DNA of 64,000 nucleotides from a bacterium (lineage in GTDB: Bacteria > Oederibacteriota > PGYV01). The DNA is taken from NCBI GenBank assembly GCA_029565735.1, contig JAKQNO010000032.1, forward strand, positions 1,693 to 65,692. Reading direction: 5' to 3'. This document shows, piece after piece, positions 31,734 to 41,318 of the stretch (position 1 is the first letter of the stretch; each line of letters starts with the position of its first letter). Position numbers and translations under genes: made by a program. Under the pieces are notes generated by a model. The model saw only the letters and a list, made by a program, of their open reading frames with translations. It did no database searches and was not told the origin of the DNA.

Positions 31734-32199
31734 AATTAATACGGCATTATTACAGTTAAAGAAAAATACGGCTGAATCCGCCATAATAGCGGATGCCAAC
31801 GTTCATAACCTTGCCTTTATAAGGCGCTGGATAAGCTCCGCGATGAAAAAGCAGGGATTCGCGCCGGATGATATTTCGCCCATAAAAGTGTCGGTGACAG
31901 AACACTGCGAAAACATTATAAAGCACGCGTACGCGGATAAACCGGGCAAAGTGGAAATTATAATCAGGCTTGATTATCCGCGCGCCGGGATAACGGTGGT
32001 TGATTCAGGCCCGGCGTTTGACATGACCGGATATAAACCGCGGGACATATCCAAAAGGATAAAAGAAGGAATTGGCGGGAATATGGGAATAAAAACCATA
32101 ATGACCCTTTGCACAGAAGTAAAATACAGAAGGGTTAAAAACCGCAACGAAAATACCTTTATCATAAAGGCTAAAAAAACAGGAAAGGTAAAAAAATAA
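31687..32199 (+). CDS. Anti-sigma factor / serine-protein kinase (RsbW/SpoIIAB-like HATPase_c)
   Basis: N box EHCENIIKHAY and G box VVDSGPAFD. The start is more likely the ATG at 31717 or 31726 (an ATGGCTGA overlap with the upstream stop). Confidence 0.7.
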   Translation: MKQLRKRLTAMEKMAEINTALLQLKKNTAESAIIADANVHNLAFIRRWISSAMKKQGFAPDDISPIKVSVTEHCENIIKHAYADKPGKVEIIIRLDYPRAGITVVDSGPAFDMTGYKPRDISKRIKEGIGGNMGIKTIMTLCTEVKYRRVKNRNENTFIIKAKKTGKVKK

Positions 32200-33216
32200 A
32201 TGGCAACCATTAAGGATGTCGCGAAACTTGCGGGTGTATCATACAATACCGTGTCTTTTGTTGTAAACGGAGTGGATAAAGTGGCTCCCGCGACAAAAGA
32301 AAGGGTGTTAAAGGCGATAGAAGAACTTAAATACAGGCCCAATAAAACCGCAAGGGCGCTTGTCGGCGCAAAGGCGGATTCAATAGCGTTTATCAGCACG
32401 CGTTTTACGTCAATTTTTGGCATGAACATACTGCGCGAAATTGAAGACGGCGTGCATCTTGCCGGGCTGTCCGCGAACTATGACCTTATACCGTATTCCA
32501 CAAGGGGCGAAAGCAGGTTTAAAGAACAAATAATTGATTCCATAATTTATAACAGAAAAGCCGATGCCATAATAATGCTTGGCATAAAACCCGGCGCTGA
32601 ACAGATGGAACAGTTAAACAAAGCTGGCATACCGTTAATACTTATAGACGCCGCGATTGCCGGCGCGCACAGCGTTAAGTGCGACAATGAAAAGGGCGCT
32701 TTTGCCGCGGTTGAATACCTTATAGATAAAGGAAGGCGCAATATAGCATATATAGGAATGGAAGAATCAGGCGCGGAGACCTGGCCGTCTGTAACAGAAA
32801 AGAAAGAAGGGTATATAAAGGCGCTTAAAAGCCGCGGCATTTTCACCGGCAAAGAAATAATGGCAGGGGTCAGCCACAACTATATAAATGAAGGGCGCGC
32901 GATAACGCAGAACCTTTTAAAGTCGCATAAGGATATTGACGCCATATTCTGCGGCGCGGGCGACAACACGGCAATGGGCGCGATTAACGCGATAAAAGAA
33001 GCCGGGCTGCGCGTGCCGGAAGATATTGCGGTTATAGGGTATGATGACATACCCGTGGCGTCGGCTTTTACCCCGCTTTTAACCACTGTAAAACAGCCGG
33101 TGGAAAAAATGGGCAACGAGGCGTTTGTGATGACGCTGGAAGCAATGCAGGGGAAAGTAAGCAAACCCAGGAATCTTGTATTTGAACCGGAGCTGGTTAA
33201 GCGCGAATCCGCGTAA
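32200..33216 (+). CDS. LacI-family transcriptional regulator (paralog 3)
   Basis: HTH TIKDVAKLAGVSYNTVSFVVNG. C-terminus EPELVKRESA, as in the two tandem paralogs at 17-19 kb. Confidence 0.85.
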   Translation: MATIKDVAKLAGVSYNTVSFVVNGVDKVAPATKERVLKAIEELKYRPNKTARALVGAKADSIAFISTRFTSIFGMNILREIEDGVHLAGLSANYDLIPYSTRGESRFKEQIIDSIIYNRKADAIIMLGIKPGAEQMEQLNKAGIPLILIDAAIAGAHSVKCDNEKGAFAAVEYLIDKGRRNIAYIGMEESGAETWPSVTEKKEGYIKALKSRGIFTGKEIMAGVSHNYINEGRAITQNLLKSHKDIDAIFCGAGDNTAMGAINAIKEAGLRVPEDIAVIGYDDIPVASAFTPLLTTVKQPVEKMGNEAFVMTLEAMQGKVSKPRNLVFEPELVKRESA

Positions 33217-33285
33217 TAAAAATAATTTTTCTAAAGTAACTCCAACTTTAAATGCCATATAAATAACTAAAGTATTACTTTTGGG

Positions 33286-33313
33286 TTGACATATATGAAT
33301 TTATCGTTATAAT
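33286..33313 (+). promoter_or_regulatory. Sigma70-like promoter (ttgaca - 16 nt - tataat)
   Basis: Consensus hexamers 30 nt upstream of the aaaaggagg RBS of the small ORF at 33344. Confidence 0.5.
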
Positions 33314-33343
33314 ATAAATATAAATGAAAAGGAGGCGATTAAG

Positions 33344-33586
33344 ATGCCAAAGGTAGTTTCGTTCGCTACAAAAATTGAAGATGAGAAGAGGGATTTAATG
33401 CGGGATTTTTGTGAAAAGAAGGGAATAAAAATCTGGGCTTTCCTGGGTAATGCCATAGAGCATGAAATTGAGCGCGAGACTCGCAAAGAGGATTTGCTGG
33501 TTCATGAGGAATATGTGAAATATGGTAAAAAGACCGCCACTGATTTTAATGAATTCGCAAAGAAGTTGGGGTACAAATTGAAATGA
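33344..33586 (+). CDS. Small RHH (CopG-like) protein, putative antitoxin
   Basis: The strand-helix-helix pattern KVVSFATKIEDEKRDLMRDFCEKKGIKIWAFLGNAIEHEI. Own promoter. Four-nucleotide overlap with the downstream ORF. Confidence 0.4.
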   Translation: MPKVVSFATKIEDEKRDLMRDFCEKKGIKIWAFLGNAIEHEIERETRKEDLLVHEEYVKYGKKTATDFNEFAKKLGYKLK

Positions 33587-33840
33587 CAGCAATGAACCTT
33601 ATCCGTATTACCGATCCGGCTAAGAATGCAATTACGGTAATGCAGAAGGAAACGCAGAAAAAAGTAATTGATTTCATATACAGGGATTTGAGCCGACGAA
33701 CACGGCCTATGGACGAATATCAGGACACTTATAGAATAAAAGCCGACTTTTTTTGCTGTAATTTCCATGCGCTTAAGATATATTTTGAACGGGAACATAA
33801 TAAGGTTCTTATAATAGACAGGGTAATTGAAAAAAAATAA
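33583..33840 (+). CDS. Putative RelE/ParE-like toxin
   Basis: 85 aa, basic. YRIKADFF...KIYFEREHNKVLIIDRV is loosely RelE/ParE-like. Translationally coupled to the RHH gene. Confidence 0.35.
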   Translation: MTAMNLIRITDPAKNAITVMQKETQKKVIDFIYRDLSRRTRPMDEYQDTYRIKADFFCCNFHALKIYFEREHNKVLIIDRVIEKK

Positions 33841-33953
33841 ACTTAATTCTGTACTGTAAAACGGCCATATTTGAGCTGTTTTTGGGGAAAAGCAAAATAT
33901 CTTAAAAATAATTCTTGACAACCGGGCTTTGAGGGTGTAAATTTGTATTAAAG

Positions 33954-33967
33954 TATGAACGTTCATA
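33954..33967. promoter_or_regulatory. Perfect palindrome tatgaacgttcata (putative LacI-type operator), copy 1
   Basis: 14-bp inverted repeat centred on CG. Lies in the promoter region of the giant xylanase gene, overlapping a ttgaca -35 hexamer at 33916. Confidence 0.4.
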
Positions 33968-34015
33968 TATAGCTAAATCAAAAGAGACAAGGCATTATAT
34001 TTTTAAAGAAAGAAA

Positions 34016-34029
34016 TATGAACGTTCATA
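34016..34029. promoter_or_regulatory. Perfect palindrome tatgaacgttcata (putative operator), copy 2
   Basis: Identical 14-mer 62 bp downstream of copy 1 and 59 bp before the xylanase start codon. Confidence 0.4.
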
Positions 34030-34087
34030 TAAAACTTAGAATATAAGATAAGGTTGAAATAAAAATAAAAGTAAAGGGGAGCGGAAA

Positions 34088-37000
34088 ATGAAAAAATTAA
34101 GTATGCTGTTGATCGTGCTTTTGATGTTCTTTGTTCCGGTCCTGCATGCGGGCACATGTACCGTTGATGCAGGCACCACGTACCAGTACATCCGTGCCAT
34201 AGGCGCGTCAAGCGCGTGGTATGGATTGGCAGGTGCAAACGCGCAGGCGCTTTTTGCCGATGACAATGTTAACGGGCACATTGGGCTTTCTTCGTTAAGG
34301 GCAAGGATAGACCCAAACGGCAACCATGCGGCTGAAGTTAATAACCTTGTGGCTGCAAAAGCGGCAAATTCAAATTTGCTTTTCTGGGCTGCGGAATGGT
34401 CTCCTCCGCCGCAGTACAAAGCCAATAATAATGTAAACGGAAACGTAAGCAATAATACATTCCTTGGAGCTTCTTCCGGCACACCCAACAGCGCTGATAC
34501 CGGGTACGCGAATTACCTTGTTTCGTATATCCAGTACGCAAAAAGCCGCGGCATAGACCTTTATGCGATATCGCCGCAGAACGAACCAAACTGGAACCCT
34601 GATTATGAATCATGCCTTTGGACAGCGGGCCAGTTTGAAGTTTTTGTGCGCGCGTTTAAAAGCGCGCTTAATGCCGCGGGCCTTACGACCAAGATTATGA
34701 TACCGGAACCCATTAACCCGGGCGGTATGAACCTGGCCGCGACAGCAATGAACAACGCCACAACAGCATCTTACGTGGGCATACTTGGCACGCATCTGTA
34801 CGGCGCGATGCCAAACCCGCTTTCTTCATACGGTTTTACACAGGTTACAAATCAGGAATTCTGGGAAACAGAAATATCAGCCAATTCGCTGGATATATCA
34901 GGCGCTTTGGAGCAGGCGGGATGGATACAGACTTGCTTTGTTACCGCAAACATGAACGCTTTCCATTATTGGTGGATACAGGACCTGGCGACAAACGGAA
35001 ACCTTAACATAAAGGCGTACGCGCTGGGAAGTTACAGCAAATTTATCAGGCCGGGATATTACAGGATGGCAGCGACAGCAGCGCCCACATCCGGCGTGCA
35101 GGTAAGCGCTTTTAAGAACACAAACAATTCATCCCCTTCAAAGATAGTCTTTGTGGCTATCAATACTAATTCCAACTCTGTAAGCCAGACATTCGCTTTA
35201 AACAGCGTAAACGTAACATCAATAACACCGTGGATTACCAGCGCAAGCGTAAACCTTGTCGCGCAGAACGCGGTTTCTGTTTCAGGCAACACATTTACAT
35301 ACACGCTGCCGGCGCGCAGCATTGTTTCGTTTGTGGGTACAAGCGCCACAGGGCCTACGGCAACATCAACTCCGTGCACTGCAACCGCTATAACGCCGTA
35401 TCTTCAGGTTAACGGCGGCGCATGGACACAGGCAAACAGCGCGACGGTTGCTTCGCTTCCTGCGTCTGTAAATCTTGGCCCTCAGCCTGTAACAGATGGA
35501 ACTTGGAGCTGGGCCGGCCCGAACGGATTTACATCAACTTTAAGGGAGCTTACATCAATACCTTTAAGTGTTGGGACAAACGTATTCACAGCCACGTATA
35601 TAAACGCGTGCGGCGCAAAATCAACACAGGCGTTTACAATTACCGTACAGAGCTCGGCGACATCAACGGCGACAGCGGTTGTTACTGCGGTTAACACTCC
35701 CATTTCAACCCTTTTTGGCGGCAATCCGCTTATGTATCAGAAATACACCGCGGACCCGACCGCCTGCTGGTTTAACGGCAGAATGTACATCTATAATTCA
35801 CACGACAAAGACGGCGCCACGGGTTATGACATAACCGACGTGACTTTAATGTCTTCAGATGACCTTGTAAACTGGACAGATGAAGGCGAAACCTTCAAGG
35901 CGTCAAGCACCACATGGGCGGGGCTTACATACGCGCCTGCGGCTGTTTACAGGAACGGCTATTATTACCTTTATTTCGGCAACGGCGGCGGCAGCATTGG
36001 CGTTGTAAGAAGCACAAGCCCCACCGGCCCGTGGACAGACCCTGTAGGACGCGCGATAGTTACAGGCAGCACCCCCGGATGCAGCGGACTTACGTATATT
36101 TTTGATCCGGCGGTATTTATTGATGACGACGGCCAGGCGTACATGTATTTTGGCGGCGGCGGGCCCGGCAATGCAAGGGTAATAAAGCTTAACGCGGACA
36201 TGATAAGCGTAAGCGGTTCCGCGGTTACAATTGACGCGCCAAGGTATTTTGAAGCGCCGTTTATGAACAAAAGAAACGGAATTTACTACTACTCTTACTC
36301 AACAGATTTTTCGGCTTCACCGGCTGCTACAATTGACTATATGACCAGCAATAACCCAATGACGGGCTTCACGCACCGCGGCACCATACTTGGAAATCCT
36401 TCCGACAACTGCGGCAACAACAACCACGCATCCATAGTAAATGTTGGGTCGGACTGGTACATAGCGTATCACACAAGAAGGCTTTCCAACACCAACCTTG
36501 GCAACTGCAACGGAATTTATCAGAGAAGCGTTGCGCTGGACAAACTTTACTTTAACGCGGACGGCACCATACAGAAAGTTGTAACCACAACAACAGGCGT
36601 TAACGCGCTTAAATATGCAAATCCTTACACTGTTAATAAAGCGGTTACAATGGCAAAAGAATCCGGAATTCAGACCGAAACCTGCTCTGAAGGCGGTCTT
36701 GATGTAGGGTTCATAGAAAACGGCGACTGGATTCAGGTTAAGAACTTTAATTTTGGAACAGGCGCGGCAAGCTTTGAAGCGCGCGTTGCAAGCGCGGGCG
36801 CGGGCGGCAATATAGAAATCCGCGTTGGCAGCATAACAGGCACAATTGCAGGCACATGCGCTGTTCCCGTAACAGGCGGATGGCAGACATGGCAGAATGT
36901 TACATGCAATGTAACCGGATTAACCGGCGTGAAAGACATATTCTTTAAGTTCACCGGCGGCACGGGAAACCTTTTCAATGTATACACGTACCGTTTCTAT

Positions 37001-40000
37001 CAGTCAGGCAATGTAACGCCGACCAACACAGCGGTTGTTACTTCAACATTTACCAGGACAAACACGCCCACAAACACGCAGGGTATTTCAACACCCACAC
37101 CGACAAGAACCCCCACGATTCCTGTTGTAACAGGCGGATTAAGGGACCTTGCGGCGGCAAAGGGAATGCTGCTTGGCGCGGAAGCGGCAAACAGCCCGCT
37201 TAGAAACGAAGCAATTTACAGCACCACGCTTGGCAAAGAATTCAACTGGCTGGGCGGAGAAAACGAGTTTAAAGCTTATTTATGGAACGGGCCGTACAGC
37301 TACAGTTTCTCCACAACAGATTATTACAGAAACTACAGGGATGCGAACAATATGGATATGAGGGGGCACGTGCTTGTTTATTACACGGTTGTCCCAGGCT
37401 GGATGAGTTCCGGAAATTATACCAGCGCTCAGGTAAGCGATATGCTTAAGTCATATGTTCAGACAATCTCTGCCAGGTACGCTGGCAAAATGAACCAGTG
37501 GGACGTTGTAAACGAAGCTGTCACAGACGGCGCGCCTTACGGGTACCGTTCCAATGACTTCTGGTACCAGAAGCTTGGCGATTACATCCCCAACGCTTTC
37601 AGATGGGCAAGGGAAGCTGACCCTAACGCGAAACTTTATTACAATGACTACGGCAACGAAGGGTTAAACGGAAAGTCAAATTACATTTACGATATGGTTA
37701 AAAATTTAAAAGCCCAGAATGTGCCGATTGACGGCGTGGGCTGGCAGTGCCACATAAGCAGCAGCTGGCGCTTAAATGACGATATCTATGAAAACGCGCA
37801 GAGGCTGACAGCGCTTGGCCTGGAAATAACCGTGACAGAACTTGACGTTGCAATACCGGTTCCGGTTGATTCAGCTAAACTTCAGTCACAGGCAAAGGCG
37901 TACGCTGATATGACATTCTTCACCATGACACATCCGAACATAAAGAAAATGTTCCTGTGGGGCTTTACAGACAAGCATTCCTGGATACCGGGCTTTACAG
38001 ACGGGGCATCCGATGCGGCGCTTATCTTTGACACCAACTATAACAAGAAACCCGCGTATTACGCGATACAGACCGTACTTGGTTTAAATCCCGTAAACGG
38101 CATTTACAACGGCGGATTTGAAAGCTCTGTATACTGCTTCAACGAAATGTCAGGCGGGGCAATAGCCGAAGAGACATCAATAGTTCACAGCGGGTCAAAA
38201 TCCGCAAGGGTATCCAACAGGTCGCAGGCATATCAGGGCATAGGCCAGCACATACTGTGGTACCTGCTGCAGAACGGGCAGGGCACATACAGCGCAAGCG
38301 TATGGGCGCGCCTTGCTTCAGGCACGGATAACGCGAAACTTACCCTTTACATAAAGGACGACGAAGGCGGAAAATACATAAGCTTAGGTTCTGTCGCGGC
38401 GAACAGCACGCAGTGGAGCCGGGTAAGCGGTTCAGCAAACGTAACATGGACCGGGCTTTTAAGGGTTGCAAGGCTTTTTGTTGAAACAGACACCACGACC
38501 GGAAACTTCTATGTTGACGATATGGCTTTTGCAAAAGAAGGCGCTTCAACACCCACGCCTGTTTTAACAGCGACAGCAACGGCAACAGCAACTTTAACGG
38601 CAACAGCCACAGTAACCGCAACACCTGTAACCGCCTCAACATGGCGCGTGCTTGCCGGAAGCGAAGTGGATTATGTGGATTCAACAGGCGCTGTATGGTC
38701 TGCTGACACTAACTTCACGGACGGAACGCCTTACAGCACGACAAAAACAGTTTCAGGCGCGCTGCCTGCATCGTCAGACATGGCGCTGTACCAGAGCGAA
38801 CGTTACGGCAATCCGTTCACATACACGTTCAATGTTCCTGCCGGTTCTTATCAGGTAACTATGAAAATGGCAGAAACGTACTTTACGGCAGCAGGCTCGC
38901 GCAGTTTTAATGTATCTGTAAACGGTACGGAAGTAATGACAAATTACGATATCTTTGCGGAGGCAGGCGCGGACAAAGCGGTTGACAAAGTGTTTAACAA
39001 CATAGCGCCGGTCAACGGAAAAATCACCATAGGATTTGGCCCGGCAGCTGTGGATAACGCGAAAGTATGCGCTATTCAGATAATACCGCAGCCGGTAATT
39101 GCAACTTCAACGCCGACAGCGACAAACACGGCAACCAATACGGCGACAAACACAGCGACAAAGACTGCAACTGCCACGCCGACGAACACCGCGACAAACA
39201 CGGCTGTTCCTCCTACAGCTACGGCAACAAATACATCAGTACCGCCGACAAATACAGCTACCAATACAGAAGTGCCGCCTACATCAACAGGCACAATAGT
39301 ACCGCCGACAGCAACATCGACAAGTACTTCAATACCTCCGACATCCACATCAACAAACACATCGGTACCGCCGACAGCAACATCAACAAACACATCAATA
39401 CCGCCGACAAACACGGCGACAAGGACGGCAACAAATACAGCTACAAACACAGCCACAAAGACTTTCACGCATACGCCTACAATGACAGCCACGAACACGG
39501 CAATAGTTCCTACAGCGACGAACACGCAGGTTGTAGTGGCAAACTTCACCATTATGCTTAAGAACCCGGATTCAGAAAATGTTGCAAGCCCGCACCCTTC
39601 GTTCAGGGTTGTCAATACCGGAAGCGCGGCGCTTAACTTAAACGGAATGGAAGTAAGGTACTGGATAAATTCTGATTCCAACGCAGGACAGCAGGTTCAG
39701 GCGTTTATTGACTGGGCTGGAAAACTTCCGCAGGGAAGCACAATTACTCAGAACTTAACGGTATCTACGGTACAGAAAGCTCAGGGAACTCAGAATTACT
39801 ACATAAGCTTCAAGTTTAATTCGTCGGTTGTGCTTGCGCCGAATGAATTCGCGGAAGTTCAGGCAAGGTTCAACAAATCTGACTGGAGCTCTATGCTGCA
39901 GTCAAATGACTGGAGCTTCGCGTCAGGCCAGGTTTACGCTCGCACGGATAAAATGACGGCGTATGTTTCAGGAGCCCTTGTATACGGAAACGAACCTACA

Positions 40001-40381
40001 GCACAGACAAATAACCAGACGGCAAGCATAAGTAGCGTCCTTAGCTACCCGAACCCTGCTGCAAGCGGCGGCACAACATACCTGCAGTACACGGTATCCG
40101 GCGGCACCATACAGGCGCAGTCAGCGGATAATAAGTTAATGACTGTGGACGATCCGGACGCTGTTGTAACGCTTGCGGTATTTACGGCGCAGGGAAGGCT
40201 TATGTGGAAGCAGACAGTGACCGGAATTTCAAATGTGTGCGCCGGCACGCATTCGGTACAGTGGGACGGAAAGTCCGCGGCAGGCCATAAGCTTGCGGCA
40301 GGCACGTATGTACTGAAAGTAAGCATCAAATCAAAAGGTGTGGAAAACAGCAAAAACTTTGTGATACTGATTCTTAATTAA
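34088..40381 (+). CDS. Giant secreted multi-modular hemicellulase: GH30-like, Ig-like, GH43, CBM6, GH10 xylanase, CBM4_9, malectin-like, CBM3-like and T9SS-type CTD
   Basis: Signal peptide. GH30 ISPQNEPNW. GH43 Asp/Asp/Glu triad (TADPT, FDPAVFIDDDG, FEAPF). CBM6 GDWIQVKNFNFG...GGWQTW. GH10 WDVVNEA and ITVTELDV. CBM4_9 NGGFESS...FYVDDMAF. Malectin LYQSERYGNPFTYTFNVPAGSYQVTMKMAETYF. CBM3-like RYWINSDSN...NDWSF. CTD YPNPAASGG...VFTAQGRLMW...WDGKSAAGHKLAAGTYVL. TPT/TNT linkers separate the modules. Confidence 0.85.
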   Translation: MKKLSMLLIVLLMFFVPVLHAGTCTVDAGTTYQYIRAIGASSAWYGLAGANAQALFADDNVNGHIGLSSLRARIDPNGNHAAEVNNLVAAKAANSNLLFWAAEWSPPPQYKANNNVNGNVSNNTFLGASSGTPNSADTGYANYLVSYIQYAKSRGIDLYAISPQNEPNWNPDYESCLWTAGQFEVFVRAFKSALNAAGLTTKIMIPEPINPGGMNLAATAMNNATTASYVGILGTHLYGAMPNPLSSYGFTQVTNQEFWETEISANSLDISGALEQAGWIQTCFVTANMNAFHYWWIQDLATNGNLNIKAYALGSYSKFIRPGYYRMAATAAPTSGVQVSAFKNTNNSSPSKIVFVAINTNSNSVSQTFALNSVNVTSITPWITSASVNLVAQNAVSVSGNTFTYTLPARSIVSFVGTSATGPTATSTPCTATAITPYLQVNGGAWTQANSATVASLPASVNLGPQPVTDGTWSWAGPNGFTSTLRELTSIPLSVGTNVFTATYINACGAKSTQAFTITVQSSATSTATAVVTAVNTPISTLFGGNPLMYQKYTADPTACWFNGRMYIYNSHDKDGATGYDITDVTLMSSDDLVNWTDEGETFKASSTTWAGLTYAPAAVYRNGYYYLYFGNGGGSIGVVRSTSPTGPWTDPVGRAIVTGSTPGCSGLTYIFDPAVFIDDDGQAYMYFGGGGPGNARVIKLNADMISVSGSAVTIDAPRYFEAPFMNKRNGIYYYSYSTDFSASPAATIDYMTSNNPMTGFTHRGTILGNPSDNCGNNNHASIVNVGSDWYIAYHTRRLSNTNLGNCNGIYQRSVALDKLYFNADGTIQKVVTTTTGVNALKYANPYTVNKAVTMAKESGIQTETCSEGGLDVGFIENGDWIQVKNFNFGTGAASFEARVASAGAGGNIEIRVGSITGTIAGTCAVPVTGGWQTWQNVTCNVTGLTGVKDIFFKFTGGTGNLFNVYTYRFYQSGNVTPTNTAVVTSTFTRTNTPTNTQGISTPTPTRTPTIPVVTGGLRDLAAAKGMLLGAEAANSPLRNEAIYSTTLGKEFNWLGGENEFKAYLWNGPYSYSFSTTDYYRNYRDANNMDMRGHVLVYYTVVPGWMSSGNYTSAQVSDMLKSYVQTISARYAGKMNQWDVVNEAVTDGAPYGYRSNDFWYQKLGDYIPNAFRWAREADPNAKLYYNDYGNEGLNGKSNYIYDMVKNLKAQNVPIDGVGWQCHISSSWRLNDDIYENAQRLTALGLEITVTELDVAIPVPVDSAKLQSQAKAYADMTFFTMTHPNIKKMFLWGFTDKHSWIPGFTDGASDAALIFDTNYNKKPAYYAIQTVLGLNPVNGIYNGGFESSVYCFNEMSGGAIAEETSIVHSGSKSARVSNRSQAYQGIGQHILWYLLQNGQGTYSASVWARLASGTDNAKLTLYIKDDEGGKYISLGSVAANSTQWSRVSGSANVTWTGLLRVARLFVETDTTTGNFYVDDMAFAKEGASTPTPVLTATATATATLTATATVTATPVTASTWRVLAGSEVDYVDSTGAVWSADTNFTDGTPYSTTKTVSGALPASSDMALYQSERYGNPFTYTFNVPAGSYQVTMKMAETYFTAAGSRSFNVSVNGTEVMTNYDIFAEAGADKAVDKVFNNIAPVNGKITIGFGPAAVDNAKVCAIQIIPQPVIATSTPTATNTATNTATNTATKTATATPTNTATNTAVPPTATATNTSVPPTNTATNTEVPPTSTGTIVPPTATSTSTSIPPTSTSTNTSVPPTATSTNTSIPPTNTATRTATNTATNTATKTFTHTPTMTATNTAIVPTATNTQVVVANFTIMLKNPDSENVASPHPSFRVVNTGSAALNLNGMEVRYWINSDSNAGQQVQAFIDWAGKLPQGSTITQNLTVSTVQKAQGTQNYYISFKFNSSVVLAPNEFAEVQARFNKSDWSSMLQSNDWSFASGQVYARTDKMTAYVSGALVYGNEPTAQTNNQTASISSVLSYPNPAASGGTTYLQYTVSGGTIQAQSADNKLMTVDDPDAVVTLAVFTAQGRLMWKQTVTGISNVCAGTHSVQWDGKSAAGHKLAAGTYVLKVSIKSKGVENSKNFVILILN

Positions 40382-40401
40382 GGATTAAGAAGTATCAAAA
40401 A

Positions 40402-40429
40402 GCCCCGGGCATCCGCCCGGGGCTTTTTT
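40402..40429 (+). terminator. Rho-independent terminator
   Basis: gccccgggc-atcc-gcccggggc followed by a T6 run. Confidence 0.75.
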
Positions 40430-40476
40430 GTTAGGTTCTTGTTTTTTTTCTTCACTGAAAAAAAATAACTGCAAAA

Positions 40477-40524
40477 TTGACAAATCGGGCATATGTGCTA
40501 TAATTGTATTACAAATGTAATACA
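40477..40524 (+). promoter_or_regulatory. Promoter (ttgaca - 16 nt - tataat) with an embedded 20-bp palindromic operator tgtattacaaatgtaataca
   Basis: The palindrome lies between the -10 hexamer and the RBS of the antitoxin gene. This is the typical autoregulated toxin-antitoxin promoter layout. Confidence 0.55.
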
Positions 40525-40537
40525 AAGGAGGCAATAA

Positions 40538-40792
40538 ATGAAATTCGCAAATATAAGGGATTTAAGGCTTGATACAAACAGCGTGCTTAAATTAAGCGAA
40601 AAAGAGGGCCCTGTTGTGATTCTGCGCAATTCCAGGCCTGTCGCGGTTTTAAAATCAGTGACAGAAGAAGACATGGAAATTAAAGTAAATACTTTATGGC
40701 CAAAACTTCGCAATGCCGCGGAAAGGGCCGGTTATGGGCTGCATGATGTGGAAAAACTTATCCGCAGGGTAAGGCGCGGCCGCGGAAAATGA
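40538..40792 (+). CDS. Phd/YefM-family antitoxin
   Basis: 84 aa. MKFANIRDLRLDTNSVLK...GPVVILRNSRPVAVL pattern. Overlaps the downstream PIN gene by 4 nt. Confidence 0.65.
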   Translation: MKFANIRDLRLDTNSVLKLSEKEGPVVILRNSRPVAVLKSVTEEDMEIKVNTLWPKLRNAAERAGYGLHDVEKLIRRVRRGRGK

Positions 40793-41217
40793 AAAAGGGC
40801 ATCAGGGTTGTTATTGATACAAACGTTCTTATTTCGTCTTTCTGGGGTAAAAAACCTGAAGAAGTGATAAAACTGTGGGCAAAAGGCGCTGTAACAGCCG
40901 TGATAAGCCCGGATATTTTAAAAGAGTATCTTGAAGTCATACAAAGGTTTGACCTGTCAGAAGATGATATGGACGCTGTCATGGAAGTGCTGTCAGATTC
41001 CGCACATAATATATATGTCACTCCCCGTGAAAAAGTTAACGCTGTAAAAAAGGATAAATCTGACAATAAATTCATTGAATGCGCCATTGCCGGCAGGGCT
41101 GTATACATAATAAGCGGCGATAAACATCTTAGGGAGGTTAAGGAATATAAAGGGATAGAAATTCTGACACCGGCAGAACTTATTGAACTGATGAATAGTG
41201 ATAATTCCACAAAATAA
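40789..41217 (+). CDS. PIN-domain toxin (VapC-like)
   Basis: VVIDTNVLIS near the N-terminus and DNKFIECAIAGRAVYIISGDKHL near the C-terminus (PIN acidic residues). Confidence 0.8.
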   Translation: MKKGIRVVIDTNVLISSFWGKKPEEVIKLWAKGAVTAVISPDILKEYLEVIQRFDLSEDDMDAVMEVLSDSAHNIYVTPREKVNAVKKDKSDNKFIECAIAGRAVYIISGDKHLREVKEYKGIEILTPAELIELMNSDNSTK

Positions 41218-41318
41218 CACAGTTAATCACATATAACCATTTTTTTATTTAAAATTAATTAACAAAATGATTTAATGTTTATAATACGGCGGTAAGAAAA
41301 AATAACAGGAGGCACAGG

